Part shown: positions 48,197 to 57,110 of the stretch, piece after piece
How the letters are laid out: each line of letters begins with the position of its first letter
Position numbering within the stretch: position 1 is the stretch's first letter
IMG/VR virus record: IMGVR_UViG_3300043447_000710
Coordinates: 88,641 to 152,640 of that record
Direction: 5' to 3' (one strand)
DNA length: 64,000 nt
DNA from: a virus
Lineage: Duplodnaviria > Caudoviricetes
Notes under the pieces: model-generated
Told to the model about the DNA's origin: nothing
The model's input: only the letters and a program-made list of their open reading frames with translations
Databases searched by the model: none
Program-made: the position numbers and the translations under genes

Positions 48197-48631
48197 CTAT
48201 GGCTCAAAAATATGAGCTTCTATTACTTGGAACTGTCTGACTTTTATAGTGTCACCAATTTTAGCTTTACCTCCTGGATATGTTTCGACAACTAAAACGT
48301 TCGGCTCATTTTCGTCTAACGCAATAACATCTAGTTCGACAAACTCGTCCCACCATTGCTTAATCTCTTTAAAGTTATTTCCAGTCCAGACAAATTCGTT
48401 ATTGCCAAAATTAATCGTTTGGTCTGCTTCTAAATTGCCGGCGTTGAGTATTGCTAAGTCTCTGTTAGGAGCACTTACTAAATACCTTTCGTAAAACTCT
48501 GCATCTGTAGTAATGTCATTTTCATAAGCAACTCTTTCCTGGGTAGAAAGCTCTGCGAGTTGAGCTTTAGAAAGTCTTGGCAGAACCTTGACTCTATTAT
48601 CAGAAGTCAGCACGTAATAATCATTCATCAC
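48197..48631 (-). CDS. Hypothetical protein
   Basis: WTGNN..EI and A.IGD.I motifs, typical of small phage proteins. Confidence 0.6.
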   Translation of the reverse strand: MMNDYYVLTSDNRVKVLPRLSKAQLAELSTQERVAYENDITTDAEFYERYLVSAPNRDLAILNAGNLEADQTINFGNNEFVWTGNNFKEIKQWWDEFVELDVIALDENEPNVLVVETYPGGKAKIGDTIKVRQFQVIEAHIFEP

Positions 48632-49007
48632 TTTTAAAGTCTTTTGTAGTTAAATTTAGTTCGATGCCCCGATTTGTAAGAGCGGCTTCTAAACTGTAAT
48701 AGAGTTCTTCTAAGCTCCACCCAGAGTCTCGATCTCCTTGGTTGCTAAAGTGTTCTAGAACTTCTGTTAGGAAAGGCGTGTCGTTACAAAGCTGTTCGCG
48801 TTGTAAGGAGGTATCACTGTTAGTATCGCTATTAATTGCGTCGATTACATCTTGCTGCGACCACGTACAAAAAAGTTCGTGTTCTGGTAGATCTCGAACT
48901 TTAGTGGCTATAGCTCGAACTGGCGCCGAGTTAATTCCATAACGATCGAATAACGCAGTCAGTAGAATCTCTTTTTCTTCCGGCGTTAAAAAGCTTTTAA
49001 TGTTCAT
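48621..49007 (-). CDS. Hypothetical protein
   Basis: Coupled ORF. Confidence 0.6.
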   Translation of the reverse strand: MNIKSFLTPEEKEILLTALFDRYGINSAPVRAIATKVRDLPEHELFCTWSQQDVIDAINSDTNSDTSLQREQLCNDTPFLTEVLEHFSNQGDRDSGWSLEELYYSLEAALTNRGIELNLTTKDFKSDE

Positions 49008-49953
49008 CCTTGTAGCACCATTTAGTAAAGCTTAGATTTGATTCTAAGGACTGCTGCAAATACTTGGCTACGTGCCAAGCAAGTACTGGTGGAACTGCAT
49101 TTCCTATTTGACGTTCTATTGCGGTTCTACTTGTTTGCTTGAAGCAAAACCGATCTGGGAAAGATTGCAGGCGCGCTAACTCTCTGCAAGATATCCTTCT
49201 GTCTACTTCGTAATGCCAAGGAGCTTTACCGTGTAAACCTGCTGTAACCGTAGCAGCAGGGAGGTTGGCTTCAAGCTTACGGCCGGCAAGTTGTTTGCGG
49301 CTTGCGTATTTGCTCCACACATGAGAGATACTTTCGTCTTCTGGTAGATATTTGAGGTCGTCAAGTGCTTGTTTGGTAGTAACCCAAGGAGAATTAAGCA
49401 GTAAAGGTGGGGGCGGAAAGAATTGAAAACCTAAAGTACCTACTATAAAAACTCGGCGCCGAGTTTGAGGAACTCCGTAATTAGCCGCGTTGAGTAAGTT
49501 AACGCTTACCGTATAGCCTAGGCTGGCAAAGCTGTCTACAATTTGTTTTAAGTCTCGGCTGTGGATTTCTAACAGACCAGCTACATTTTCTAATACGAAT
49601 GCTTTAGGTCTTAAAATTTCTACGGCCTTTAGATAATGAACGTAAGCGCCGCTTTTGCCCTTTAGTCCTAACCGTTGTAAGTTGTTTGAGGAAAACGATT
49701 GACAAGGCGAACCACCTATAATTACATCAGTTGCAGAGGGAAGTTTATTTAGATAGTCTTTTATATCGCCTACCTGTATATGACTATCATGATTCCTTTT
49801 ATATATTGCCGCTGCTGCTTTGTCGATCTCATTAGCCCAAATAATTTCAAAAGGCAGCTTAGAATAAAAACGTTTTAAGTATTCAAAGCCGCCTTGAAAT
49901 CCTAGGTCTAGTCCACCGCAGCCAGAAAAGAGAGATACTACAGAGTAAGTCAT
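48997..49953 (-). CDS. C5-cytosine DNA methyltransferase
   Basis: SLFSGCGG, GGSPCQ, ENV, PQTRRRVF, RELARLQSFP, QIGNAV. Confidence 0.97.
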   Translation of the reverse strand: MTYSVVSLFSGCGGLDLGFQGGFEYLKRFYSKLPFEIIWANEIDKAAAAIYKRNHDSHIQVGDIKDYLNKLPSATDVIIGGSPCQSFSSNNLQRLGLKGKSGAYVHYLKAVEILRPKAFVLENVAGLLEIHSRDLKQIVDSFASLGYTVSVNLLNAANYGVPQTRRRVFIVGTLGFQFFPPPPLLLNSPWVTTKQALDDLKYLPEDESISHVWSKYASRKQLAGRKLEANLPAATVTAGLHGKAPWHYEVDRRISCRELARLQSFPDRFCFKQTSRTAIERQIGNAVPPVLAWHVAKYLQQSLESNLSFTKWCYKDEH

Positions 49954-49974
49954 TATTTGGGTCAGGCAAGCTGA

Positions 49975-50193
49975 TTAAATTTTTGCGGTTTGAAAACTGC
50001 AGATTGGAAACAACTTTGCAGCTAATTCTCTATCTTCGTTTTGAAAATACTCTGGTAAGGCGTCTTCAATTACGTTGAACCACTGGCGCACGAGGTTTAA
50101 TTCTTGTTCGTTTAGAACTTTTTCTCCGTCGGGTTTGTAAAAGAATTTTGTCTCTAGATTATAAGTCCAATCACCTTTTGGCAGACCTAATGC
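49975..50193 (-). pseudogene. Orphan 3' gene fragment cut at the IS right end
   Basis: 73 open codons (ALGLPKGDWTYNLE...TAKI*) with no start codon. Confidence 0.6.
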
Positions 50194-50259
50194 TTGACAC
50201 TCCCCCTGTTCGGTAACTCTCGCTACGCTCGCGTCACCTGAAAACAGGGGGATTCTTGA

Positions 50260-51513
50260 CTAAGCCCACAAAGGGACTCTCAAAGGCATTGACAATGTGC
50301 CTCTACTGATTCCGCTTAGATCTAATCCAAGCATCATCGCTACTTTTCGTCCGATATTCGCCGCACCTTGGGCATCGGCATTAATCAACCATCCTTGAGC
50401 AGTACGATATAGTCCTCGCTTTACTCGTTTGCCGCTTGGTCGCCACCCTTCAGGTTTTTCGCTGAATTTAGGTAGCACATCAAGATCGACAAATGATGCT
50501 TTGGATGTATAGGATTCCTCTGTTTCGACAAATTTAATGCCGTATTGTTCGCATAGTTGAGCAATACGCTCTTTTAATTTACCAGTTGGAATCTGGACAA
50601 ACTTTTGATTGGTCTTCTTGCCCATATTGGCGGAATCTTTTTGACCCTTGTTCCAACCAAAAATAATTGTACCAATCTTGTTTTGTAGGCAATGATTGAC
50701 AACTTTTCTTGCAGCTTTATTAACAGCATCTCGCATCGTTCGATTTCGATTCTCTGTTAGTTGCTCTAGTCGCTTAGACCAATACCCGTTGTCTTTCCTC
50801 TCCATTAGGAAAGCAACACGTTTGTTATAGCCTTGATTGATAGATTTGAGTTGCTTTCCATCAATAATAAAACTAGTGCCAATATTGCTAACACAAGTCA
50901 ACCAATTATCCACCCCGTGGTCGATAAACAAGGCGTACTCTGAATTAACATCAGCCTGTTTGATTTCTGTTTTATAAACCAGCTCCAAATAGAAGCAACC
51001 ATTTCTCGGTAAAATTCGGTACTCTCGAATTGATTTATAATCAATATTTGATGGCATTGGTAGATTAAATGAATCCAAGCCAAACCATGCTTTGACTTTA
51101 TTGCCAAGTGGAAACCTAAGCATACCGTCTTTAAGCTTTACCGAGCGACCTGTAAACGTCACTAATGCCATTCCACCTTGCCGATATCCAGGTAGTTTAG
51201 GTCTTTGCTCTACAGTTCCATTTTTAATACCTTTTAACAATCCTAGATAAGACTTAAAAGATTCAGCGACACCAGTTAGAATCTGCTGTGCAGTATCTGA
51301 ATAGAATGCTTTGTAGTGCATATTTTGGTTGTCAGTACCCAACACCTTGTGTAACTCTGCACGATTAGGAATTTTGCCAGTCTTAAAAAAGATTTGGCGC
51401 GAGTAGTAAACCCCACAGTTGATTAACTTAGAAGCTTCACTGCATAGAAACTCCAAGATTCCTCTAAGATCGTGGTCTGGACTGATTAGATTTTGTTGAC
51501 AGCCATACCCCAC
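50260..51513 (-). CDS. tnpB: TnpB (rearranged RuvC type), close paralogue of the copy at 43631
   Basis: Likely GTG start after GGAG; FIDHG, IIFGWN, EESYTSK, NADAQGAANI. Confidence 0.93.
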   Translation of the reverse strand: MGYGCQQNLISPDHDLRGILEFLCSEASKLINCGVYYSRQIFFKTGKIPNRAELHKVLGTDNQNMHYKAFYSDTAQQILTGVAESFKSYLGLLKGIKNGTVEQRPKLPGYRQGGMALVTFTGRSVKLKDGMLRFPLGNKVKAWFGLDSFNLPMPSNIDYKSIREYRILPRNGCFYLELVYKTEIKQADVNSEYALFIDHGVDNWLTCVSNIGTSFIIDGKQLKSINQGYNKRVAFLMERKDNGYWSKRLEQLTENRNRTMRDAVNKAARKVVNHCLQNKIGTIIFGWNKGQKDSANMGKKTNQKFVQIPTGKLKERIAQLCEQYGIKFVETEESYTSKASFVDLDVLPKFSEKPEGWRPSGKRVKRGLYRTAQGWLINADAQGAANIGRKVAMMLGLDLSGISRGTLSMPLRVPLWA

Positions 51514-51594
51514 AGTTAATTCTCCATGTCGATAGCTTTGTTGATTTCTCTGATACAATAACATATAAATGTAGATTAATGCAAGCAATCAACA

Positions 51595-51999
51595 ATGAGA
51601 AGCCCGTCTTATGAATATCGGCATTACAACCATTCGGTGGGGCTAGCAGTTGTCCATCTGATTTGGATACCCAAGCGACGACGGAAAGTTTTGGTTGGAG
51701 ATGTCAAGACTCGACTGATTCAAATATTCCAAGAATTGGCAATTGAGAAAGAGTGGGCAATTAGAGCCTTGGAAGTGGCACCAGACCACATTCATTTGTT
51801 TGTTGAAGTTCATCCAACCGATGCAATTAACCAAGTAGTAAAGGCATTTAAGGGGCGGTCAAGCAACTATCTAAGGAAAGAGTTTGAGCATCTAAAGAAG
51901 ATGCCATCGTTATGGACAAACAGTTATTTCTTTTCGACAGCAGGGAATGTCTCGGCGGACACAATTGAACGGTATATCAACGATCCGCATCATGGGTAG
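51595..51999 (+). CDS. tnpA: Y1 HUH transposase TnpA
   Basis: HLIWIPKRRR, PDHIHL, KGRSS, LWTNSYF, ERYI. Confidence 0.97.
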   Translation: MRSPSYEYRHYNHSVGLAVVHLIWIPKRRRKVLVGDVKTRLIQIFQELAIEKEWAIRALEVAPDHIHLFVEVHPTDAINQVVKAFKGRSSNYLRKEFEHLKKMPSLWTNSYFFSTAGNVSADTIERYINDPHHG

Positions 52000-52092
52000 A
52001 ACTTGGGATTTTGTAGGCGAATAAATTCGCTCGTGTCGTCGTTCCTCCGCGCAATGAATTGACGCGGCTTCCCGACTTCCCGCTCTCCTCTG

Positions 52093-52139
52093 GTGAAGTG
52101 TCAAGACTCTCCGCCCTAGAAGGGCGGAGAGTATGTCAA
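52093..52139 (+). mobile_element. Orphan IS200/IS605 right end
   Basis: TCAAGACTCTCCGCCC-taga-AGGGCGGAGAGTATGTCAA. Confidence 0.7.
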
Positions 52140-52591
52140 GTTACTGATTCTTTGTAGAACACGTTGTAATAAGCAACCAATCGATCGAGCTCACCAGCGA
52201 CGAACAAATCGTAGGGAGTAGTGTCTTTAAAAGGTTTCCAATTTTTACTATCGAATGGGCGGCGAACGTAGCCTGCCTGAGTGACTGCTGCATATACCAA
52301 TCTTTCGGCTTTGAAATTAAAGCTTGTTTTCTGTCGTTGTAGGCGATCTTCCGCTGTTGTCGGCACTTCTACATTCCAGCAGATTAAAAAATCGTCGTAA
52401 CCATCGTAACCGTTAGGGTTGCCTGCAAACGAAGCGTTGTCTGGAATTCCGTGTTCGTGCATGAAGGCGGGAATATCGATCGGATCGACATCGAACACTG
52501 ACAAGCTCTTTTCTACTTGCTTGGTTTTTGGCAAGCTCGGATCGATACTAGCTAGTAGCTCGGTCAACACTGGTTGGATTATTTCTAGCAT
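52136..52591 (-). CDS. Hypothetical protein
   Basis: 151-aa ORF; its stop codon is supplied by the orphan right end. Confidence 0.6.
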   Translation of the reverse strand: MLEIIQPVLTELLASIDPSLPKTKQVEKSLSVFDVDPIDIPAFMHEHGIPDNASFAGNPNGYDGYDDFLICWNVEVPTTAEDRLQRQKTSFNFKAERLVYAAVTQAGYVRRPFDSKNWKPFKDTTPYDLFVAGELDRLVAYYNVFYKESVT

Positions 52592-52594
52592 TTG

Positions 52595-53014
52595 TTAACC
52601 CCTGTTTAGTCTTCTCTCAAAATCAACGGCGGTTTCCTTGGTATTTAACCAAAGCAAAGCTTCTACAAACGTAGCTGAAGAAAAAGCATCTACAGTACCA
52701 TAGTTATCAAAAGACGAGAAAAAACACATAAAGTTATCCTTTGTAGAGATGCTCCTAAATTGGACTTTAAGATATTTATTATTAGAAGTGGAAGTGTCCG
52801 GTCTCTCCCATCTAATACATAACTCATTAGAACCGTTTAGAAAAACGTGTGGTTTTGGCAAAGACACTAATAAAGGTGCGCCTTCAGCTAAGTATTCAAT
52901 AGCACAAGCTATGGCATAAGCTGTAGGTTTGTAATTTTCATCGAGGTACGGGTTGTCTAAATCTATTAGTTCCTGAATAATACTTTCTACTGAAGACATA
53001 GAAGTTTTATTCAT
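52595..53014 (-). CDS. Hypothetical protein
   Basis: Coupled ORF. Confidence 0.6.
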   Translation of the reverse strand: MNKTSMSSVESIIQELIDLDNPYLDENYKPTAYAIACAIEYLAEGAPLLVSLPKPHVFLNGSNELCIRWERPDTSTSNNKYLKVQFRSISTKDNFMCFFSSFDNYGTVDAFSSATFVEALLWLNTKETAVDFERRLNRG

Positions 53015-53907
53015 GCTTCAAAACCGCTAGCATTAACATGGCCTCCGCCGTTGTAGTGTTCGGCAATTTTGCTAACGTCGTAGTTGCTGCCTTTTTTATT
53101 ACTACGTAGAGACCATTTGTTCCCGCTAAGCACGCACGCTACAAATTGAGCGTCTGGTTTTATATCTGAGTACAATTTACTACAAATATCAGACACCAAT
53201 CGATCTTCGCTACCATCTTCAGCGCAGAAGACGACGGGAATTTCAAAATCTACAGGTGCTGGATCTGGAAGTTTACACATTACAAATCTAGAAGCTGCTT
53301 GTAAAACCTGTTTGCGTTTTGGTTCTAGGAGTTTTATGCCCTTAGGTGCAAGGCTTTGCAAGAGTTCGTTCCGATCGAGCAAACATAAAAGTTCGAAGAA
53401 TTTAAAGACTAGCGCGTGGCTTGGTAAGTTAAATGCTCTAGCAAGTTCTGTAAGTTCGTGGCGAGAATTAGCGATTGCTTCGTTGATCTCTTCTGAAAGT
53501 TCTAACTCCCAGTTCCATAGATCTCGATCGCGTACGTAGTTTAGAAACTCTGGTACTGGTTCGTCAGGAAAAAAGTGTTTCCATGTTAACGTTGCACCAC
53601 ATTCTTGTAGTTCAAATTTAGCTTCGACTCTAGCGCTTAAATTGGCAAGATTTTCCCAGGCTGTTTTGTGATGGTCTAACACAGTAACCTTACAACCTCG
53701 GTCTGCTAATGCTTCAAGATATTCTCTGGGAAATGAAAAATCTACGATGATTACGTTTTCTCCATCTTGGCAAGGTGGCATCGGGTCGCCGTAGACGCAT
53801 CCGACTAAAGTAGCGTCTGGGTAAGCGCGAGCGGCACAAAAAGCTGCAGCTAAACCATCTGGGCACGCAGTACCTGGTTTAACTTCGTGATAAATAATTA
53901 AGGTCAT
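53011..53907 (-). CDS. DHH/DHHA1 phosphoesterase
   Basis: IYH..C.DG, IVDFS, LDHH, DRDLW, SLRS, GGGH. Confidence 0.93.
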   Translation of the reverse strand: MTLIIYHEVKPGTACPDGLAAAFCAARAYPDATLVGCVYGDPMPPCQDGENVIIVDFSFPREYLEALADRGCKVTVLDHHKTAWENLANLSARVEAKFELQECGATLTWKHFFPDEPVPEFLNYVRDRDLWNWELELSEEINEAIANSRHELTELARAFNLPSHALVFKFFELLCLLDRNELLQSLAPKGIKLLEPKRKQVLQAASRFVMCKLPDPAPVDFEIPVVFCAEDGSEDRLVSDICSKLYSDIKPDAQFVACVLSGNKWSLRSNKKGSNYDVSKIAEHYNGGGHVNASGFEA

Positions 53908-53979
53908 GAGTTTTTTGGTAAAAAGATATTCGGTCAGGTCTTTAAGACCTGACTTGAAAGTTGAGGCAGAAGCTATACG

Positions 53980-54222
53980 TTACTTGTTTAATTGCTCTGT
54001 AAGCTTGTAAGGAAGTTCTTGATTCAACGTAGTGATACCTTCAACATCTAGGCATAGAGAATCGTCAACATAGCTAAAATGCTTTGGCAGGTAATCGGTA
54101 TTAAAAATTATACCTTCAAGATCGTCTAGCGTCGAATCGTCAGAGACGTCTATCTCGTACTCTCCATAAGACTGCCAAGTAACACCTACTTTAATCTTCA
54201 TTGTCGGCCTCGTCGCTTTCAT
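53980..54222 (-). CDS. Hypothetical protein
   Basis: Short acidic ORF. Confidence 0.55.
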   Translation of the reverse strand: MKATRPTMKIKVGVTWQSYGEYEIDVSDDSTLDDLEGIIFNTDYLPKHFSYVDDSLCLDVEGITTLNQELPYKLTEQLNK

Positions 54223-54553
54223 TTCGATCGTCCGTAAATTCTAGATCTCGAAAGTAAAAGATCGTGTCGTATCTACCCATACTATCCATATCTACATTCC
54301 TTAATTGTCGATAGACTAATTCGTTAAGCTCGCGGGCAGAAGCGTAAAGTTCGTCGGTTGAGCCGCAAGCTCTAGACACCATTAAGTCTGACGCTAGCCG
54401 GTTGACTAGATTAATGACTTGTTCCAGGTAAGAATTGTAGGTAGTTACGTAACCCAGACACGTCTTACCAAACATATATCGCCCTGAATACGAACGCGGT
54501 TCTAGTTCGAAGTTTTGGAGAATGATTTCTAATACTTCTTTTTCTCTTTCCAT
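54191..54553 (-). CDS. Conserved phage hypothetical protein
   Basis: RSYSGR.M.G..CLG...DSMG...I.YF motif. Confidence 0.65.
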   Translation of the reverse strand: MEREKEVLEIILQNFELEPRSYSGRYMFGKTCLGYVTTYNSYLEQVINLVNRLASDLMVSRACGSTDELYASARELNELVYRQLRNVDMDSMGRYDTIFYFRDLEFTDDRNESDEADNED

Positions 54554-54635
54554 ATTACAAAAACTTAAAGGTTCTAACTTTTACTTCGTTACCGACTGAA
54601 TAATTGACTTCAATCCCTCCTAGAGGCCGTTCCCG

Positions 54636-54689
54636 GTGAAGAGAGAAGCCCGTGCTCTATTGCGTAGCAATGAGCGTCGGGTACTTCAC
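54636..54689 (+). mobile_element. Orphan IS200/IS605-type right-end hairpin
   Basis: GTGAAG-AGAGAAGCCCG...CGGG-TA-CTTCAC long stem ending in TCAC. Confidence 0.55.
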
Positions 54690-54695
54690 GATCTA

Positions 54696-55691
54696 TTAAC
54701 ATGGTTTAAATGCTTCTTTAATAGCAACTTCTAAGTTTGATTTGAACTCTACATCTTCAATCAACTTTTGATATAGTGCTGGTAAGCCGTGGGCTTTAAA
54801 AGGTTCGGTAGAGCCTGGTAAAGTAACTACGTAGCGGCCTGCAGTTGCAGAGATAGAACCAGCTAGCTTGCCCAGACGAATTAATTGAATGATAGGATCG
54901 TAGCCAGTTTGTAACAAATCGATAGTAGTTTGACGCCCGAAAGAACCAAAGCGAGACTTGGCAACTTCGATATCTACAGACATAATTACTGGGTAAGTAG
55001 CCGGCATCGGTTTGAGATCGTCGTCAGGCTTTTTACCCTTACCTTTAATGTGCAAACTAAGGCTGGCAATTTGAGGAATCGTATTACCGCCTGGTTTGGA
55101 CACGCTGCTAGTATAAGGGGATAGATTAGTCATTACGTGATTGGTACAGATAACTACTGTTTTAGACTCGCGCGCGAGATCTACTAGTACTCCATGTTGC
55201 GCCGACCAGACGCGAGCGGCTGAAGCCATTAGTGCTGCTTCAGGATTTTCTTCAATCTTTGAGATTGCGGTTTCTGGTTGCAGCCCTTTAACAGTGTCAA
55301 AGATAAAAGCGGCGGGTTGGTATTGTTCTGGCTGTGACAGAATCTCGTGATAGAAGCTTAAAGCTCTGTTGATACTTGCTGTTTGCTGGATTATTACTCT
55401 CGCTGGGTCTAACCCAGCTCTTTGTAAATAACCTTCATCGATGGAGTTCTCACTATCGACTATATATATAAAGCCTTCAGTAGCTACTGCTTTTGCAAGC
55501 GTTAAGGCTAACAAAGACTTTGAAGTATGCGTAGCTCCGTACAGTTCGATAATTCTTCCTAATGGGACGCCGCCTCCGCAAGCGTAGTCTAGGGCGACGT
55601 ATCCGGTCGGTTTCATTTCTACTGGTTCGAGATTGTTTCCGGCGGAAACTTTGAAATCTTTAAGGCGCTTGCTAATCTCTTGGGGATTCAT
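54696..55691 (-). CDS. recA: RecA/UvsX-like recombinase
   Basis: PTG..ALD.A.GGG.P.GRIIELYG, VDSEN, FIFDTV, PGG, KSRF. Confidence 0.92.
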   Translation of the reverse strand: MNPQEISKRLKDFKVSAGNNLEPVEMKPTGYVALDYACGGGVPLGRIIELYGATHTSKSLLALTLAKAVATEGFIYIVDSENSIDEGYLQRAGLDPARVIIQQTASINRALSFYHEILSQPEQYQPAAFIFDTVKGLQPETAISKIEENPEAALMASAARVWSAQHGVLVDLARESKTVVICTNHVMTNLSPYTSSVSKPGGNTIPQIASLSLHIKGKGKKPDDDLKPMPATYPVIMSVDIEVAKSRFGSFGRQTTIDLLQTGYDPIIQLIRLGKLAGSISATAGRYVVTLPGSTEPFKAHGLPALYQKLIEDVEFKSNLEVAIKEAFKPC

Positions 55692-56154
55692 CGTTTAAAA
55701 TGTTTAAGATTGAAATAATTCTGTAGTAAGTTGTTTGAGGCAGCACGTAGTAAGTTTCTTGTCGTTGCTGCAATTCTATTTCAAAGACGTCTATGGCTTG
55801 AACTTTGGCTTTATCCAGTTCTTGCGAAGTGATAGTGAGAGATTTAGATTTAAGGCGAAGTTTGTGTTCGATTCGTAAGTCTTCTAAGTGTAAGCCGTCG
55901 CCGTCATGTTTGACTCTACCAGAAGCTAAGGTTGCCTTAGCTATTTTTTGCAGAGCCGCACGCTCTGATTTTAAAGCCGCTTTTACCTCTTGTCTTTTGC
56001 GCTCGTTTTTAGTTGGTAAAGGAGGTATTGGTAAGGTCTCGTCTATAGGTCGATATCTATCCAATTTCCCTTTGCCGATGCGAGCGCATAAATGACACTC
56101 AAAAGACCGCATTCTACACGTATTAGAAATCTTATCAGGGCAGACTCTTGGCAC
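55672..56154 (-). CDS. Zn-ribbon plus PD-(D/E)XK nuclease, putative Holliday junction resolvase
   Basis: T.ASG....GD......IEHK; coupled to recA. Confidence 0.6.
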   Translation of the reverse strand: MPRVCPDKISNTCRMRSFECHLCARIGKGKLDRYRPIDETLPIPPLPTKNERKRQEVKAALKSERAALQKIAKATLASGRVKHDGDGLHLEDLRIEHKLRLKSKSLTITSQELDKAKVQAIDVFEIELQQRQETYYVLPQTTYYRIISILNILNDESPRD

Positions 56155-56213
56155 GCTGTTTGACCTCTAGAAAGGTTTAGTTTAGTTTAGGTAAAGTATT
56201 AGCGAGAGAACTG

Positions 56214-56600
56214 ATGTACGGAGCTAAGTATTCATTAAGAACTGCCATCGCTCATAGTAATGGCGAATCTAAACTAGATATTCCCTCTGGAAATTTAGTG
56301 GCCGAGAGGGGCGTGGCGTTGAGTTATAACTTGTTACCAGGTCAAGAAGTTGAAGTACTAACTGGATTGATCGGTTCTAATGGTTTAGTTACGATTAGAA
56401 TGTATGCTATCGAAGCCAGCGAAGCTATATCTTTAGCAGTTAGCAGCGTCGCCGCTACACCGGCCGTACACGATCGACCGCTTGGAAACGTGCATTTTTG
56501 GACTGCTGCTACCGGCGGAAACTATGCGTCGTTAAAGTTGAGGGCGCCGAGTAGTGCCAGCGGAACTGTTAATGTCGATTTGTTACTAGCTTTAGATTAA
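56214..56600 (+). CDS. Hypothetical, probably structural protein
   Basis: Beta-rich plus-strand ORF. Confidence 0.5.
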   Translation: MYGAKYSLRTAIAHSNGESKLDIPSGNLVAERGVALSYNLLPGQEVEVLTGLIGSNGLVTIRMYAIEASEAISLAVSSVAATPAVHDRPLGNVHFWTAATGGNYASLKLRAPSSASGTVNVDLLLALD

Positions 56601-57061
56601 AGTTGTTTATTTCTAAATAACTCTTTTGCTAAAGCCCAAGATTCGCGAGTTTCTAACTGGGCGTAGTCAGCTCCTAAGGGAAGGCGATGAATTTGAAACA
56701 AATCTAATGTTGCTGTGTAGAAAGCTTTAGGATGTTCCCAAGCCAAACCTTGCGTGTAAATTTCTGGTACTTTACAGAACCAGTCAAAGTCGTCTTCAAA
56801 TTCTAGTGGCGGCGTCCACCAGGCACATACTGCAGTGTACAAATGGCTTTGATCTAAATCTTTGGCGAGACTGTCGAATAAACTAGGCGTTGTAAGCTTA
56901 GTAGTTATATAACAAAACCGGAATTCTTGCTGGTACATTTTTACGGCTTCGTTAAATGTTGGTGGGAGTTCTGAGACCGGCCACGGATTGCAGCTTGCTA
57001 GTTCCTGAGCTTTTACAAAAAAGCTACGAGCGTTCCATTTTTCGACTGGGAATCCAGACAT
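56597..57061 (-). CDS. Hypothetical protein
   Basis: 154-aa ORF. Confidence 0.55.
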   Translation of the reverse strand: MSGFPVEKWNARSFFVKAQELASCNPWPVSELPPTFNEAVKMYQQEFRFCYITTKLTTPSLFDSLAKDLDQSHLYTAVCAWWTPPLEFEDDFDWFCKVPEIYTQGLAWEHPKAFYTATLDLFQIHRLPLGADYAQLETRESWALAKELFRNKQL

Positions 57062-57110
57062 GTTTTTTATGGTAGATAGCGTACCGGCTTACGCCAATTT
57101 ATAACTAGAT

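Larger units (their letters stand above)
50194..52092 (-). mobile_element. IS605-group element with divergent tnpA and tnpB
   Basis: Left end follows TTCAC. Right end is CAAGAATCCCCC...GGGGGAGTGTCAA. Confidence 0.88.
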
